The position numbers and the translations under genes are program-made. Shown here in pieces: positions 9,851-23,764 of a stretch of 64,000 nt of DNA (position 1 is the first letter of the stretch; each line of letters begins with the position of its first letter). The notes below the pieces were generated by a model, which had not been told where the DNA came from, did no database searches, and saw nothing but the letters and a program-made list of their open reading frames with translations. Origin of the DNA: Octopus sinensis (taxonomy: Eukaryota); assembly GCF_006345805.1 (NCBI RefSeq), contig NC_043002.1:96410001-96474000 (forward strand), read 5' to 3'.

Positions 9851-12800
9851 GTGCCCCAGCACAGTAAAAGATAAACAAGTAAAAGAATAAATACAAAAGA
9901 TACGACAATATATTAGTGATCAACTGGTTGTAATACGATGGAGAGTTTGTTTTGTATAATACACAAAACAAACTGAATGGCCTTCTTTTGGCTGTAGTCT
10001 GTGATATTTGCACACGTAACAACAGCAGCACTATAATAATGTGAATCACACAAAAACTTAGTAATGATGATGATGATGATCATCATCATCGTTTAACGTC
10101 CGCTTTCCATGCTAGCATGGGTTGGACGGTTCAACTGGGGTCTGGGAAGCCAGAAGGCTGCACCAGGCCCAGTCTGATCTGGCAGTGTTTCTACGGCTGG
10201 ATGCCCTTCCTAACGCCAACCACTCTGTGAGTGTAGTGTGTGCTTTTTATGTGCCACCGGCACAGGTGCCAGATGAGGCTGGCAAACGGCCACGGGCAGA
10301 TGGTGCTTTTTACGTGCCACCGGCACGGAGGCCAAAGGCTGCAGTACTTTCTGATCCTGAAGATGAAGTTTAGTCCTGAATGCAAATTTAGTATGCGATG
10401 TTAGCATGACAGGACCTCATATATTTGTAGCAATACTGAACTTTTGAGTATTCATACATGGAGAGAGTGAAGTATGGGAAGGTTTCTTTATATGTGTACT
10501 ACTTGACATGCAACTTTTCTGCTGTTGAAGAAGTCTGGGGTACCATGTCCACAGTGAAGGATAATTGTGGAGTGCAGAGAGCAAGATGAGACAAGAAAGA
10601 CATATTGGTTATCTACTGCATTTGTCTCCATCCCCGGTTGCCTTGACCTAGTCTGGCCATTGGATTAAAGAGTAAGATCAATGGTGCGCAACTATTTTTC
10701 ACTTTAAATAAAGTCACCTCACAAGTCATCAATCATATTCTTAAGGCTGACTAAATGGTCCTCATTGCTCCAATGAATGAATACATGGAGGATATTTACA
10801 GGTCTCTATTCAGTGTATATCTAGCATAAGATGGATTATCAAGAGTGGCATCTTTTGTATAGAAGTTTGATAAGTTAGAAGTGACATTAACTCCGACATT
10901 GAGGTAGAAAGAAAAGACAAAGAGAGACATACCCATACATAAATACAGCAAAGATTAGAGAGAGAGACTGGTTAGTGCATGTTGTAATCTAATGAATCTA
11001 ACAGTTACAACAGTTTTAGTGCCCCCACCCCATCTAAATTTTGGTCAACAAAATGACCAAAATAATTACACACACACTCACACACAGAGGTATATATATC
11101 ATCATCATTATCATCAGTTAACGTCCGTCTTCCATGTTGGTATAGGTTGGACAATTTGACAGTAGCTGGTAAGCCAGAGGACTGTGCTAAGCTCCACTGT
11201 CTGTTTTGGCATAGGTTTTATGGCTGGATGGCCTAACACCAACCACTTTACAGTGCCTGTATGCATATATGTATTTAGATTTTTTATCGTTAAATAAAGA
11301 TTCATCTAAATATTTCTGTCATTTATTACTATATGTATATATACCTACATATATATAAACAAAGGATGCGTGTGTGTGTGTAGTATGTATGCATTTCTAC
11401 AGTTTTCAATTGATTTTCACCAAACTTTACACACACATTACTTCTGTGCCAAAGACGGTCATGTACTATAACACTTTGCCCAGAGCTCCCATGTAAAGTG
11501 AGAATCTGGGAAAAACAGTGTTTTACACGGGTTTTTCTCAAAAAACTTCTGCAGCTTTCGACCGATCCTCTCCCTTTTCTCTCTTTGTTTATTACTCTCT
11601 TCTCTCATTCTCTGTTTCTCTTGCTTAAACATATTCTTATCTACCCTCTGTAATAGTTCCTCTCTTTTAGTCTATGTCTGTTTCTCTCCGTCTCTCTCTC
11701 TTTAACTCACATACTAACTTCTGCCTATAAATTGATTTCTGTGTATTTCAATTAGTTTGTACACAAAAGTCTCTGTTGTTACAGTTTTTGTAAGTTCTCC
11801 CTGAAAAATAATTTAATTATTTTTAACTTTTGTTCACCCAGTGTGTTTAAATTCTGTTTTGCCACATCTTCCTAAAAACTGAATTCAATGTATTTCAGTT
11901 TTGTCATGCATAAATATCTTTGTCTTTATGGTATTTCATGTTCTCCCTACAACATTACTTATTTAAAATTTTTTACACTCCGTTTATTTAAATATACTAT
12001 TTACATTTCTCCCTCTATCAAAAACCATTGTGCGTGCAGTTATGCATGAGTACATATGACTGCTATGGGCTTTTCACTCAAGCTATTTTCTTCTAGAGCT
12101 TTATACACTCAAACGGGGTTTGTAAGTTCTGTCAACAAACTGACTTCCTTGTCTCATCATCATCCTCATCATCATCGTTTAACGTCCGTTCTCCATGCTA
12201 GCATGGGTTGGACGGTTCGACCGGGGATCTGGGAAGCCAGAAGGCTGCACCAGGCTCCAGTCTTATCTGTCAATGTTTCTACAGCTGGATGCCCTTCCTA
12301 ACGCCAACCACTCCGTGAGTGTAGTAAAATTCTTTGTCTGTCTGTCTGCTCCCTATGCATTCTTAAATGGCTTGACCAAATCAAATCAAATTTTACAAGG
12401 TAATAGTATCAGATCCCGTGAGTATCAACATGTATTTTTTTTACATTTGTAAAAAAAAAATATAACATTGGCATTGGTTCAGTATTACATGTCAAAAGTG
12501 AAAGAATAAGATCTATATTGTAATGTCATGATATATTGTTTCGCTTTTGTTCTTTCACTTATCATTCTAAGCCTATAATATTGTTACACCTTTATTCTTT
12601 CATTTTTAATTCTTCTGTGATAAATAAATGAATAATTTATATCCTTATGTGAACAATATTACACATTGGCAACTTTCCGTCTTGGCATCGTGACAGCAGA
12701 ATGGTGTGTCAGTGTATGTGTGTTGACTGACATAACGAACAGCTGCAGGTGAAACTCTCGACAAAAAACAATTAGGTGGCAGGTCCAAGGTATATAAAAA

Positions 12801-13168
12801 TACAAATTTACCGTTCAGTTACCAGTTAATAATTATTGCAGCAGTTGCAAGGTTGCAAGATATTTACAATTACAAATTTACCCTTAAATTAATGGAGTCT
12901 CAACAGAGAAGGATGATGAAACTTCCCAAGATCAGCAAACACATTCTGCAGCATGTCAAATGGAGTCTCAAGGGAGAAGGGAGATGAGATTTTCTCAAAA
13001 TCAGCAAAGGCATGCACATACCCTCCCCACACCAATTTTCCCTGAGAAGCTAGGGTCTGGAATATGGAAGCATGACATGTCGCTTAGCTGAATTAGCCCA
13101 TTATTTACTCCACAAATGTTTTATTGTCAATGCTGCACTTTTCTGTATCACCTGTTTCAACATAACTG

Positions 13169-13205
<37 letters not shown>

Positions 13206-13455
13206 GCCATTTTAATACCAAGCAATGCCATGTATCTCTGTTAGAATATATATATATATATATATATATAGTTCCATTTGAAAAATCCACCAGAATGGAC
13301 GAAAGCGCTAATATATGATATAAGTTATATGATGTATAAAAACATGTAATATACAAATAAATATCTGTAAATATAAAACCATCCAAATTTCTGAGTACCT
13401 CATTTCTTCTAATATAAAATACCTGTACATCATCTCCAAACCTTCTAATATATAA

Positions 13456-13487
<32 letters not shown>

Positions 13488-16400
13488 CTTTCCTAATGCC
13501 AACCACTCTGAGAGTGTAATGGGTGCTTTTACATGTTACCAGCACAGGTGCCATTTACATAACCCTAGTATCTGCCACGACTGTGATTTTGCTCAGCTTG
13601 ATGGGTCTTCTTCTCAAGCACAGTATAATGCCAAAGGTCTCAGTCATTGCCTCCATGAGGCCCAGCACTCGAATGGAACTCAGCTGCTTTGCCTCCCTGA
13701 GGCCCAACACATGAAAGGAACTCAGCCACTTTACTTCTGTGAGACCCAATGCTCAAAAGGTACTCAGCCAATTTACCTTCATGAGTCCCAACACTCAAAA
13801 GGTGCTCTTTACATGCTGCTGGCATGAATGTTTGTTTATATATTTATTCATTTGTTATACAGAAGAGAAAGTGCAGTGATTATTGTCTTCTTAAGCCCTA
13901 TTGGATCAAAGTTTTGGGACAAATGACTTTGGCCAAACTAAGATTAATTTAGAAGTGCAACACAGTAGAATCAGAAGAAATTAGTGATGGATTATGTTGG
14001 TAAATACTAAGTGCAAAAATTTCACAAAATGGAATAAATTATTTTTGCAGGAAGAAAGAAGAGAAGTATAGTATTTTAGACAGAGCCTTTTGTTGGAAAG
14101 AAATTTAATTTTTGCTATTAGTTCTGGATAAATAAATTGTAGTAGTACTGGACAAATAGATTCTAGTAATGTTGAATACATTGTTGTATTGATATCAATA
14201 GACTTTAATAATTTTCGATAAATAGAATGTAGTATTGTGGGATAAATAGATTGTAGCAGTGTTGGATCAATAGACTGTGATCCACCACTACCAATAAACA
14301 TTGTATCTCTCTCCAACTAAAAGCTCTGCCTGAAATGTTAGATGATATTAAACTTACTTCATTTTGTAAACTGCTTGTGAAATTTACTTTATCTTTTATT
14401 TTCTACTTGTTCCAGGCATTAGATTGTGGCCATGCTGGGGCACTGCCTTGAAGAACTTTTAGTCAAATGAATCAACCCCAGTACTTTCTTATTTTTTAAG
14501 CCTTGTACTTATTCTATTGCTGTCTCTTACAGAACTGCTGGTTGTCAAGCAGTAGAAGTGGGGACAAACACAGACACAAAGACACACACAAATCCTCTCT
14601 ACCAAATCTACTCGCAAGGCTTTGGCCAGTTCAAGGCTATGGGAGAAGATACTTGCCCGAGGTGCCACACCGTGGGACTGAATCCAGGATCATGTGATTG
14701 GGAAGTAATTTTCTTACCACACAACCACAGTTCCATTTTATTTTGAAATATTGTAAAGTAATAGAGTAGTTGAGTATGGATTAGTTCCGAAAGAATATAG
14801 TTCTAGGGAGGAAAGATTGGTAAAATACCTGGTATGAAACTATTATTATCAAATAGAAGTTAATAGAAGCAACAGAGTGTATGTCCATGGATGTAAAGAA
14901 AATAGAAGTTCATGGAAATAATTAAATTATGTGGTTCTTCTAAGTTAATAGTGTCTATTGTTTCTAAGTTACACAAAAATCCATGATATCAGTTATCAAT
15001 TTTGTTGATGTTAAAAGTTATTATTTTCTTTCTATCAAAGTTATCTGGGACCCCGGATGAGTAGCATGTAACGTGCAGTAGTTTATCTCAGTAAACCTGC
15101 TTTCTCAGCAATGTCTCACATGATTATTTGTGGTCAAGATAACATAAATGCTTCTCTTCTTGATTGGGTGTATAACCTTGGAAATAGGCATAGGAAGAGA
15201 AGCTTTTGTATAGAATAGTAGAGAGAGAGAGAGAGAAAGAGAGAGAATGTAAGATTTATTGAAAATAGAAACCATAGAGCTTTTCACTAATAGCTAGGAT
15301 ACCATCATGTCATGTTATATTAAAGGTTTTATTTGTGGGCATGGTATGCAGGCTTAAGTGTAATAAAAAGTTGTACAATATGCATAAAGAACTGAATAGA
15401 TAGAAAATGTAGCCACTGCAGTAACAACAGTATCAAAATGAAAAGAAAAAAATCTCTGGATAAGAACTTGGATAAAATTGGTAGGAGCCTAATTACTCTT
15501 TTACTTGTTTCAGTCATTTTGACTGTGGCCAAACTGGAGCACCGCCTTTAGTCGAGCAAATCGACCCCAGGTCTTATTCTTTGTATGCCTAGTACTTATT
15601 CTATGGGTCTCTTTTGCTGAACCGCTAAGTTACGGTGACGTAAACACACCAGCATCAGTTGTCAAGCGACGTTGGGGGGACAAGCAAAGACACACAAACA
15701 TATACACACACATATATATATATATACATATATATTACGGGATTCTTTCAGTTTCCATCTACCAAATCCACTCACAAGGCTTTGGTTGACCCGAGGCTCT
15801 AATAGAAGACACTTGCCCAAGGTGCTGCACAGTGGGATTGAACCTGGAACCATGTGGTTGGTAAACAAGCTACTTACCACACAGCCACTCCTATGCCTAT
15901 AATTGGTAAAGAAGCACTAGGTAAAGCTACACTTGGGCTTGGATGAGAGATTAAAGGCTATACAATGCATCATCATCATTTAGCATCTATCTTCCATGCT
16001 GGCATGGGATTGATGGTTTAATAGAAGTTGGTAAGCCAGTGAACTGCACCAGGCTCGATTGTCTGCTTCTGCATGGTTTCTATGGCTGGATGCCCTTCCC
16101 AATGCCAACCACTTTACAGAATGTACTGTTTTTCTACGTGGCACCAGCACCAGCAGGGTCACCAAGTAACTTGCAAGACAAAGATGCCTCAGCTGAGAGG
16201 GAGTGGTACTGAGGAGGGTGGCTTTGTGCTTGCTGAGAGGTTGAAGTATAATAGAGGGATAGACTGTAGAGGAGTTACTTGGTTGACCCAATAGGGAAAA
16301 AAAGAAGAAGGGGAGATAGAAAGAAAGAGAGAGAGAGAGAGATAGACAGAGTGAGAGAAAGAAAAAGATGGCGTTCAAGATGCATTCAAACACATCCACA

Positions 16401-16696
16401 AGATACAGTGGGGAAAATACAGGTGGTACAGAGGAGGACAGGGGGATGTTTAGAGATGGACAAGAGATGACTGTAACATGTGAGAGAAACTGGAGTGGCA
16501 TGGGGTTGCTATGGTAGCTATGTGAGGGCATGGAGAGTGTGTGGGTAGGCATGAAAGGGAGAGTGGAGGAATCTGCAATGGGTGGTGATCATAGGTGGGG
16601 AAAAGGGAGATGTCGGGAAACAAAGTTGTGTGGGAGTTTTGATATTTAATCCCCCACTAAATTACATCTAACATTTGGAGAGATAAATTGAGAAAC

Positions 16697-16842
16697 CTGT
16701 TCTGCTGGGAACTTCTTTAATTTGTCAATTTCAGCAGCTACTGGCATCAACTCTTTCTCAGCAAATTCATGACATGTTTCTTGCAGCATTTTGTGTGTGT
16801 CTGGAAGATCCACTAAGGATGAGAAAGCTCTTGCAGGTACTC
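16697..16842 (-). CDS. ACADS: ACADS coding exon 2 (146 nt)
   Basis: (R)VPARAFSSLVDLPDTHKMLQETCHEFAEKELMPVAAEIDKLKKFPAEQ matches the ACAD N-terminal helix (human [34 protein letters not shown]). Acceptor tatttcag| and donor |GTTTCT; phases 1/0. Confidence 0.95.
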
Positions 16843-16882
16843 CTGAAATAAAGGGGAAAATATTGCATATATCATCATCCTT

Positions 16883-17013
<131 letters not shown>

Positions 17014-17300
17014 TTAGAGACAAAACCACTATTTTGTAAATCAAACAAGGAAAGACTTAATCAATACATAAAAATTTTAATATAAAGTAAATAAATCGCC
17101 ACTACAATTGTTTCCTGTCTTCAAATGACATTCATCAGGTGCAATTGTTTCCTGTCTTCAATTTGTGGTTTTGTCTCTAATTAATATTATATAATATTTT
17201 ACTATAAAATTGGATTCAATCCTAAATCTGATTTTTCCCTGTAAATTTGGATTTATTCCCTAATATCTTATTATATATATATATAAATATATATCTTACA

Positions 17301-17705
17301 TCTATATATATAAAAGAGAGATTCTGTCCATTTGTATGTTTGTTTGTCCCATAAAGCGAAAGTAAATGGTTCAAGGGAGGCAACACTAATTATGCACAAA
17401 TTTATGATGAACTGCATTGAGGCAAATATTCTCACTGATTGTGGTAAACATCCCAGAAAGTGAAAGTAAATGGTTCAAAGGAGGCAACACTAATTGTGCA
17501 CAAACCTATGATGAACTACATTGTGACAAATATTCTCACTGGTTGTGGTAAAGGTGAGACTGTCTTCATTCCTCACATACCAGTTACACCATCTAATGTC
17601 CCATTCCAATTTAAGCCCTTACAGTTTCCTATCCCACTTTCTTTTGCTATAAGCATTAATAAAAGGCAGGACCAAACACTAAAAGTTGCTGGATTGCAAC
17701 TAGGC
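17301..17705 (+). mobile_element. Helitron remnant: 5' TC end plus PIF1-type helicase fragment
   Basis: a|TCTATATATATAAAA 5' end. NILTGCGKGETVFIPHIPVTPSNVPFQFKPLQFPIPLSFAISINKRQDQTLKVAGL matches the RepHel helicase C-terminal motifs (FIPRI, LQFP, FAMSINKSQGQT). Confidence 0.85.
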
Positions 17706-20700
17706 CACACATGTACATAAACACCTTGATTTGAAACTGAATCTCTCAATTCTCCTTGACATACAGCCTATTCAAATGTCAAAACAAACCATGACAAATG
17801 AGTCTTCCACTTCACCTGTGGCCTTCTCAGTGCCATTGCACAGTCACCTGGATTCCCTAAAGTTATTCTTCTAGCTTCATTCACAATACACCACCAATTC
17901 AAACGTCAAAAGGAACAGCAACAAATGGATGTTCCATTTAATTAGTAGCCTTTTCAGGGCTATCACAGTCATCTGGATTCTGTAAAGCTATTCTTCTATA
18001 TGATATATCCTTTTTTTCTAGCTTCTTGGTTTTAATTATGAGCATTAATAAAAGTCAGGACCAAACACTCAATGTTGCTGGATTGCAACTTCAAGAACAA
18101 ACAGAAGTTCATATAACAAATCCATCATTTTTCTACTTCAATTATTACATGTTTTTCTCTTATATAATACACACATGGAAGACAAGTAAACCTAAATCTG
18201 ACTGACAGGACACAGCATTTGTAAATTCATTGGACTATTACTTACTGTTGCCTTGCCTTCCATTCCTGTAATATAGCATTGGAATTTCAACACTAACACT
18301 GACAGGTGACAGCATTTGTAATTTCATATCACTATTACTTACTGATATTCCTAAAAGAGAGCTTTTTTTTTATGGCACCAACGTTACAGAGGCATTATAT
18401 CCTCGACAAAACTTTACAGCATATTGGATGCATTGTTATTTATAGTAGCACCAGAGAGATAGATATGTCCTTGACTCAGAGGTATGGCAAGCTCTTTTGA
18501 ATCCATTGTAATTTCAGTATCATCAGCAGGTATCTCAGGTTCATAAGCATTCCATCCCTTAGCCTGTACACTTCTCCAGACTGTGGCAGCAAGGACTAAA
18601 TTATCTTCACATGTGGTCTCTTGTCAATCACAACCACCTTGATCTGGTTTCAGCTGCCATGTGCCAATCTCCTTGGTGGCTTTCTTCACTTGATTGGGTT
18701 CCAGATCAATCTTCTGAAGGAAACAGTGCACTGTTCTTGCTGAAAAGCTGAGGTAGTTGACTTCAACAGGGTATGTGGCTACATGCCATCCCCTAACAAG
18801 GGTCTCATCAAGTCTTGGTTTTTGTTAGCTGGTAAGAAATATTTGAAAGAGCAGAGAATTCTCATGTCACATATAGTTTGAATTGCAAGTGATTAAATAA
18901 TCAGAAATAATATTTAATCATCAGTATAATCTTGCCTCAAGTGACACCTCTGAATATATCAGTACAATCATCTCTTCTGTATATAATTAATGAAGCTTTT
19001 AATACCAGTTGTCCTTATGCTTTGCTTTCATTAAATTTAACATCATACAGCCAATCAATCATGTTCACATCATTAAAGCCACGTCTCTTTGTTCCATCAG
19101 ATCTCTCTTCATTTCTTTCACACCATCCTATCCTTTTATTAGCACTAATTAAATTACCTAGGTAACAGAAATTGTTGACAACATCCAGCAAGCCATCAGA
19201 GTAGTTCATTTCAGGTGTGTTTCTACTGCTAATTATTTCAGTACGTGTATCACATTTAAATATCTAATTAATCCAGTACACATATCACATATAAATAACT
19301 TTCTTTTTAATCTTTAGATAGCAATTCATAAATGGATCTCCTTTCTTTTTTCCATTTAATTTTACCTTTTTCCTGCTCTTTGAACCCAGCATTACACATC
19401 TGACCTGAATATTTACACATATTTCTGACTACGCATCACATTGTCTATGGACCCTGGGATACTAAGAGTAAGAAACCATTCTGTTCTATACACTACAGAC
19501 TTATAACCTAATTTCTATGGCCATTTGATATACAAAATCTGATCAAAAAGTATCAGTAATAGTGCTATGAAAAGAAAACTACCACACATCAATTCAGCAT
19601 TTAATCTCTTTCAATGTAGTCCCCTTCTGAAGCCACACCCACTTTATCCAGCATTGTTTCCATTGATGGAAACATTTCTGGAGCTCTTTTGGGGGGATAG
19701 CAAGCAGCTACCTCATCACAATCTCTAGGATTTGCACAATGTCTTGAAATCTTGTTCCTTTAAAAGGGGTTTGATTTTGCCATGACCGTTTTCGAAATGT
19801 TTTTGCCTTCCTTGACACAATCAAGGAGATCCTGCACAGCTGAAACCCTCTCTTCTTTTTGAGACGACTACACTCTACACCCTTTACTTCCAAGCACTGC
19901 TATAAACAATGGAAGTGAGTGAGAGAATTATAACTTAGTGCACATGCACGACAGAGTTCAAGGTCAATCTGTGCCAAGTGGATTCACTCTGCACACTTTA
20001 GCTCTGTTACCGTAGCAACAGTCCTGATACTTTTTGAACAGACCTCATATCTATGATTTTTTACTATATTTTCTCTGTAGACTACAAGCTAAATAACATC
20101 AGAGTTGATTTCAAATCAGAATGTTTGATTAACCTTGACTAGACTTCACCATTTCAATCCAGAGTTTTGTATTCATTTTAAGAGGAATTCTTAAATTAGT
20201 TCATCTATTTAAAGAGTATTCCTTTTCCTGATTCATCTCAATGCATATATCAATGAGTGCAAGAACTGAAATTAAATCTAAGAGTGAAGCTCAGGATGAA
20301 TATTTGCCACTAAAGGTCTTCTTACTTTCTTTTTACAAAGATGTTATTGATGCATTCCTGAATGTTCTCTTTTATTGTCAAATTCCAAATAGTCTTCAGT
20401 AAAGGAAAGTCAAATATTGTTGGAATGATTGTTCAGACTTAGATTAGTATGCCTCTGTTATGCAAATAACGTTGATATAAAGAGCATGCACATTTGACTG
20501 GAAGGGGAAGCAAGAGAATGTCCATTCGGAATAACATGCAGGACTATGACTAAAAATTAGTTTCTTTGAACCAGGATTTACTAGTTATACGTTACAACTT
20601 CTTTTATCATCATCATCATCATCATCATCATCTAACGTCCGCTTTCCATGCTAGCATGGGTTGGACGGTTCAACTGGGGTCTGGGAAGCCAGAAGGCTGC

Positions 20701-23215
20701 ACCAGGCCCAGTTTGATCTGGCAGTGTTTCTATGACTGGATGCCCTTCCTAACGCCAACCACTCCATGAGTGTAGTGGGTGCTTTTTACGTGCCACCGGC
20801 ACAAGTGCCAGACGAGGCTGGCAAACGGCCACAATCGGATGGTGCTTTTTACGTGCCACCGGCATGGAGGCCAGGCGAGGCTGGCAACGGCCACGATCGG
20901 ATGGCCGTTGCCAGCCTCACCTGGCCTCCGTGCCGGTAGCACGGTTAATCTCCAATAAGTATCAGGTACCATATTTGCTCTATACATAAACAGTTCCAAC
21001 AATGAATTGAAACTGAATTGTTGATGCAGTAGTAACAGAACACAGACCTACAGACTAGCCTATGAGGGACTATCTCTATAGACACTCAACCTGCAAGAAA
21101 GAACAGCCAGAATTTTTCAAAACATATAATACCTTTAAAAAAATGAGATACTGAATAATAAAGCCTACTTTATTTTTATATGATGCAGTCAAAGTAACAT
21201 CCATGATCTATTTTCAAGATCTCTGAGAGTGATGGGAGGAAATTATCCTCAGTCAGGAGATCTGATTCCAATGGATGCAACAGTGCAAAAGCAAACTGCA
21301 ATTGTGAACAAAAAAAAAAAAGAAATGGTAATTGGTCATTGATGGGTAGATCACCACTGACCTAGAGAAAACAATGACAGTGATGCCTCATGGGACACTC
21401 CACATCAAATAGCTCTGATTAAACTGAAGTAGCAGTGTGTAACTTTGCAGTGTGTAATTTTGAACAATAAATTTTGGGCAAAATGTAGAACATGTCATCC
21501 TTCACAACTCTGCCTAACTTTCGATTCATTACAATAATATTTGATAAACAAGGCAGCAAGTTGACAGAATCATTAGCATGCTGGGCAAAATGCTTCATGG
21601 TATTTCATCTGTCTTTATGTTCTGAGTTAAAATTTCACTGCAGTCAACTTTGCCTTTCATCTTTCCAGGGTCAATAAAATAAGTACCAGTTGATCACTGG
21701 GGTTGATGTAATTGACTTACACCCTTCCCCAAAACTGTTGGCCTTGTGCCAAAATCTAAAATCAATATTTGATAAACAACAACAGTCTTTTCAAATTAAA
21801 TGTCTAAATGTACATGAGTATACATAAAAATATTAGTATTTTAGCATATCACCCTTTTGAGTTAAACTTACAGGGTATCAAGTTTTAACCAAGCAGCCAG
21901 AGGAGGGAATAGGATAGTGTGATGTCAAATAATGACTACAAAACTAAGCTGGGAATTTAAATACCAGTGCTAAAAAATAAAAATGTCTCTCTTTTGCCTC
22001 TACATGGTCATTAGACCGAGAAATAGCAGCTAAGTCTCTTAATTCACACACTGCTGTCTTAAAAACCACGCCCTCTCAACACCTGGTACAAAACCACCTC
22101 CCTGCCTAAATATTCCCCAACCCCATTTAGTCCAGCAGGCTTTTCAAGTTCTTGTCCTGTTCTGCAAGTTACCAGTGTTCAATGGCATAAAAATGCATCC
22201 ATTACATACCATAATGTGGTTGGTATTAGGAAGGGCATCCAATTGTAGAAATCACGCCAAATCTGACAATGCCTCTACATAGTCATTAGACCTAGTAATA
22301 GCAGCTAAATCTCTCTTAAATCACACACACTGCTGTCTTCAAAACAGAAGAAGGACAATATACTATTTTCACTGATCACCTCTTCTCTGTGCTTTCAGTT
22401 ATCTGTTCCTCTCTTCTGCCATACTTTACCTTAACAGCTCTCATATCTGCTATCATTCACAATGTCCTCTATAATCCACCATCATGCTTCACTCCTTACA
22501 GCCACCCTTATGTGCCTGTGCATCTCCCTCCTAACTGCTCCAACATCTTGCACATCAATCCTCTGCTTCCAAATGTATCCTCTCTTACCTACCCTCTCTC
22601 CATACTGGTATTTTCAATCAACAACACCTCCACCCTTGTTTATCACTCATTACATTCACCTCTACCCCCATCTCTAAACATGTTCTTTCTTCACACTATT
22701 TTGAAACTATCCCTCCTACCACTGATTCACTTTCAGTATCCTCTCTTATGCTGGGCTTTTTGCTCCTTAAAGGTTTGCTCAGGCACCCCATCATTACCAT
22801 CTTTACCTTCTTCTCAGCCATTCCCACCCTTATATAATGCAAGGTGCCTATGTATCTTTTCTATAGTAAGACATCTGTGTTTGTGTCTTGGCTTCTCAAC
22901 CCCTCGTATAAAACCAACTCCCCACTTAAATACTTCCCCAATCCCACTTAGTCACACAGGCTTTTTCCTCTTTTGCAAGTTACTTGTTGACTTCACTACT
23001 GCCCAGTGGCATTAAAAAGCACCCACAGTACACACTGTAATGTGGTTGGCATTAGGAAGGTCATCCAGCTGTAGAAACCATACCAAAAATGACAATGGAA
23101 CTTGAAGCAGCCCTGCAGCTTACTGGTGCCTATCAAATCTTCCAGCCCATGCTAGCATGAAAAATAGATATTAAATGATGATGATGCATATAGTCCCTAA
23201 TATATAAACACACAC

Positions 23216-23261
23216 ATGTATACAAACATACACATATACACACACACACACAAACATACCC

Positions 23262-23304
<43 letters not shown>

Positions 23305-23416
23305 CATATACATATATACATACATACATATATATATATATACATATATACATACATACATACATATATATATATATACATACATACATACATACATATA
23401 TAATATATATACATAC

Positions 23417-23449
<33 letters not shown>

Positions 23450-23764
23450 CATACACATATATATATACATACACATATATATATATATACATACACATAT
23501 ATATATACATACACATATATATATACATACATATATATATACATACACATATATATATACATACACATATATATATACATACATATATATATATACATAC
23601 ACATATATATATACATACATACACATATATATATACATACATATATATATATACATACACATATATATATATACATACACATATATATATACATACATAC
23701 ACATATATATACATACATATATATACATATATATATATACATACATTCATATATATACATATAT
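23216..23764. repeat. Long compound (TA)/(TACA)/(CA) microsatellite
   Basis: About 550 nt built almost entirely from A, T and C on the + strand. It is the source of several spurious YIYI ORFs. Confidence 0.95.

Noticed and set aside
22389-23015. 208-aa plus-strand ORF
   Set aside because: Pyrimidine-rich repeat sequence, apparently homologous in reverse to ~16200-16620, running into an RTE tail. No domain was recognised.
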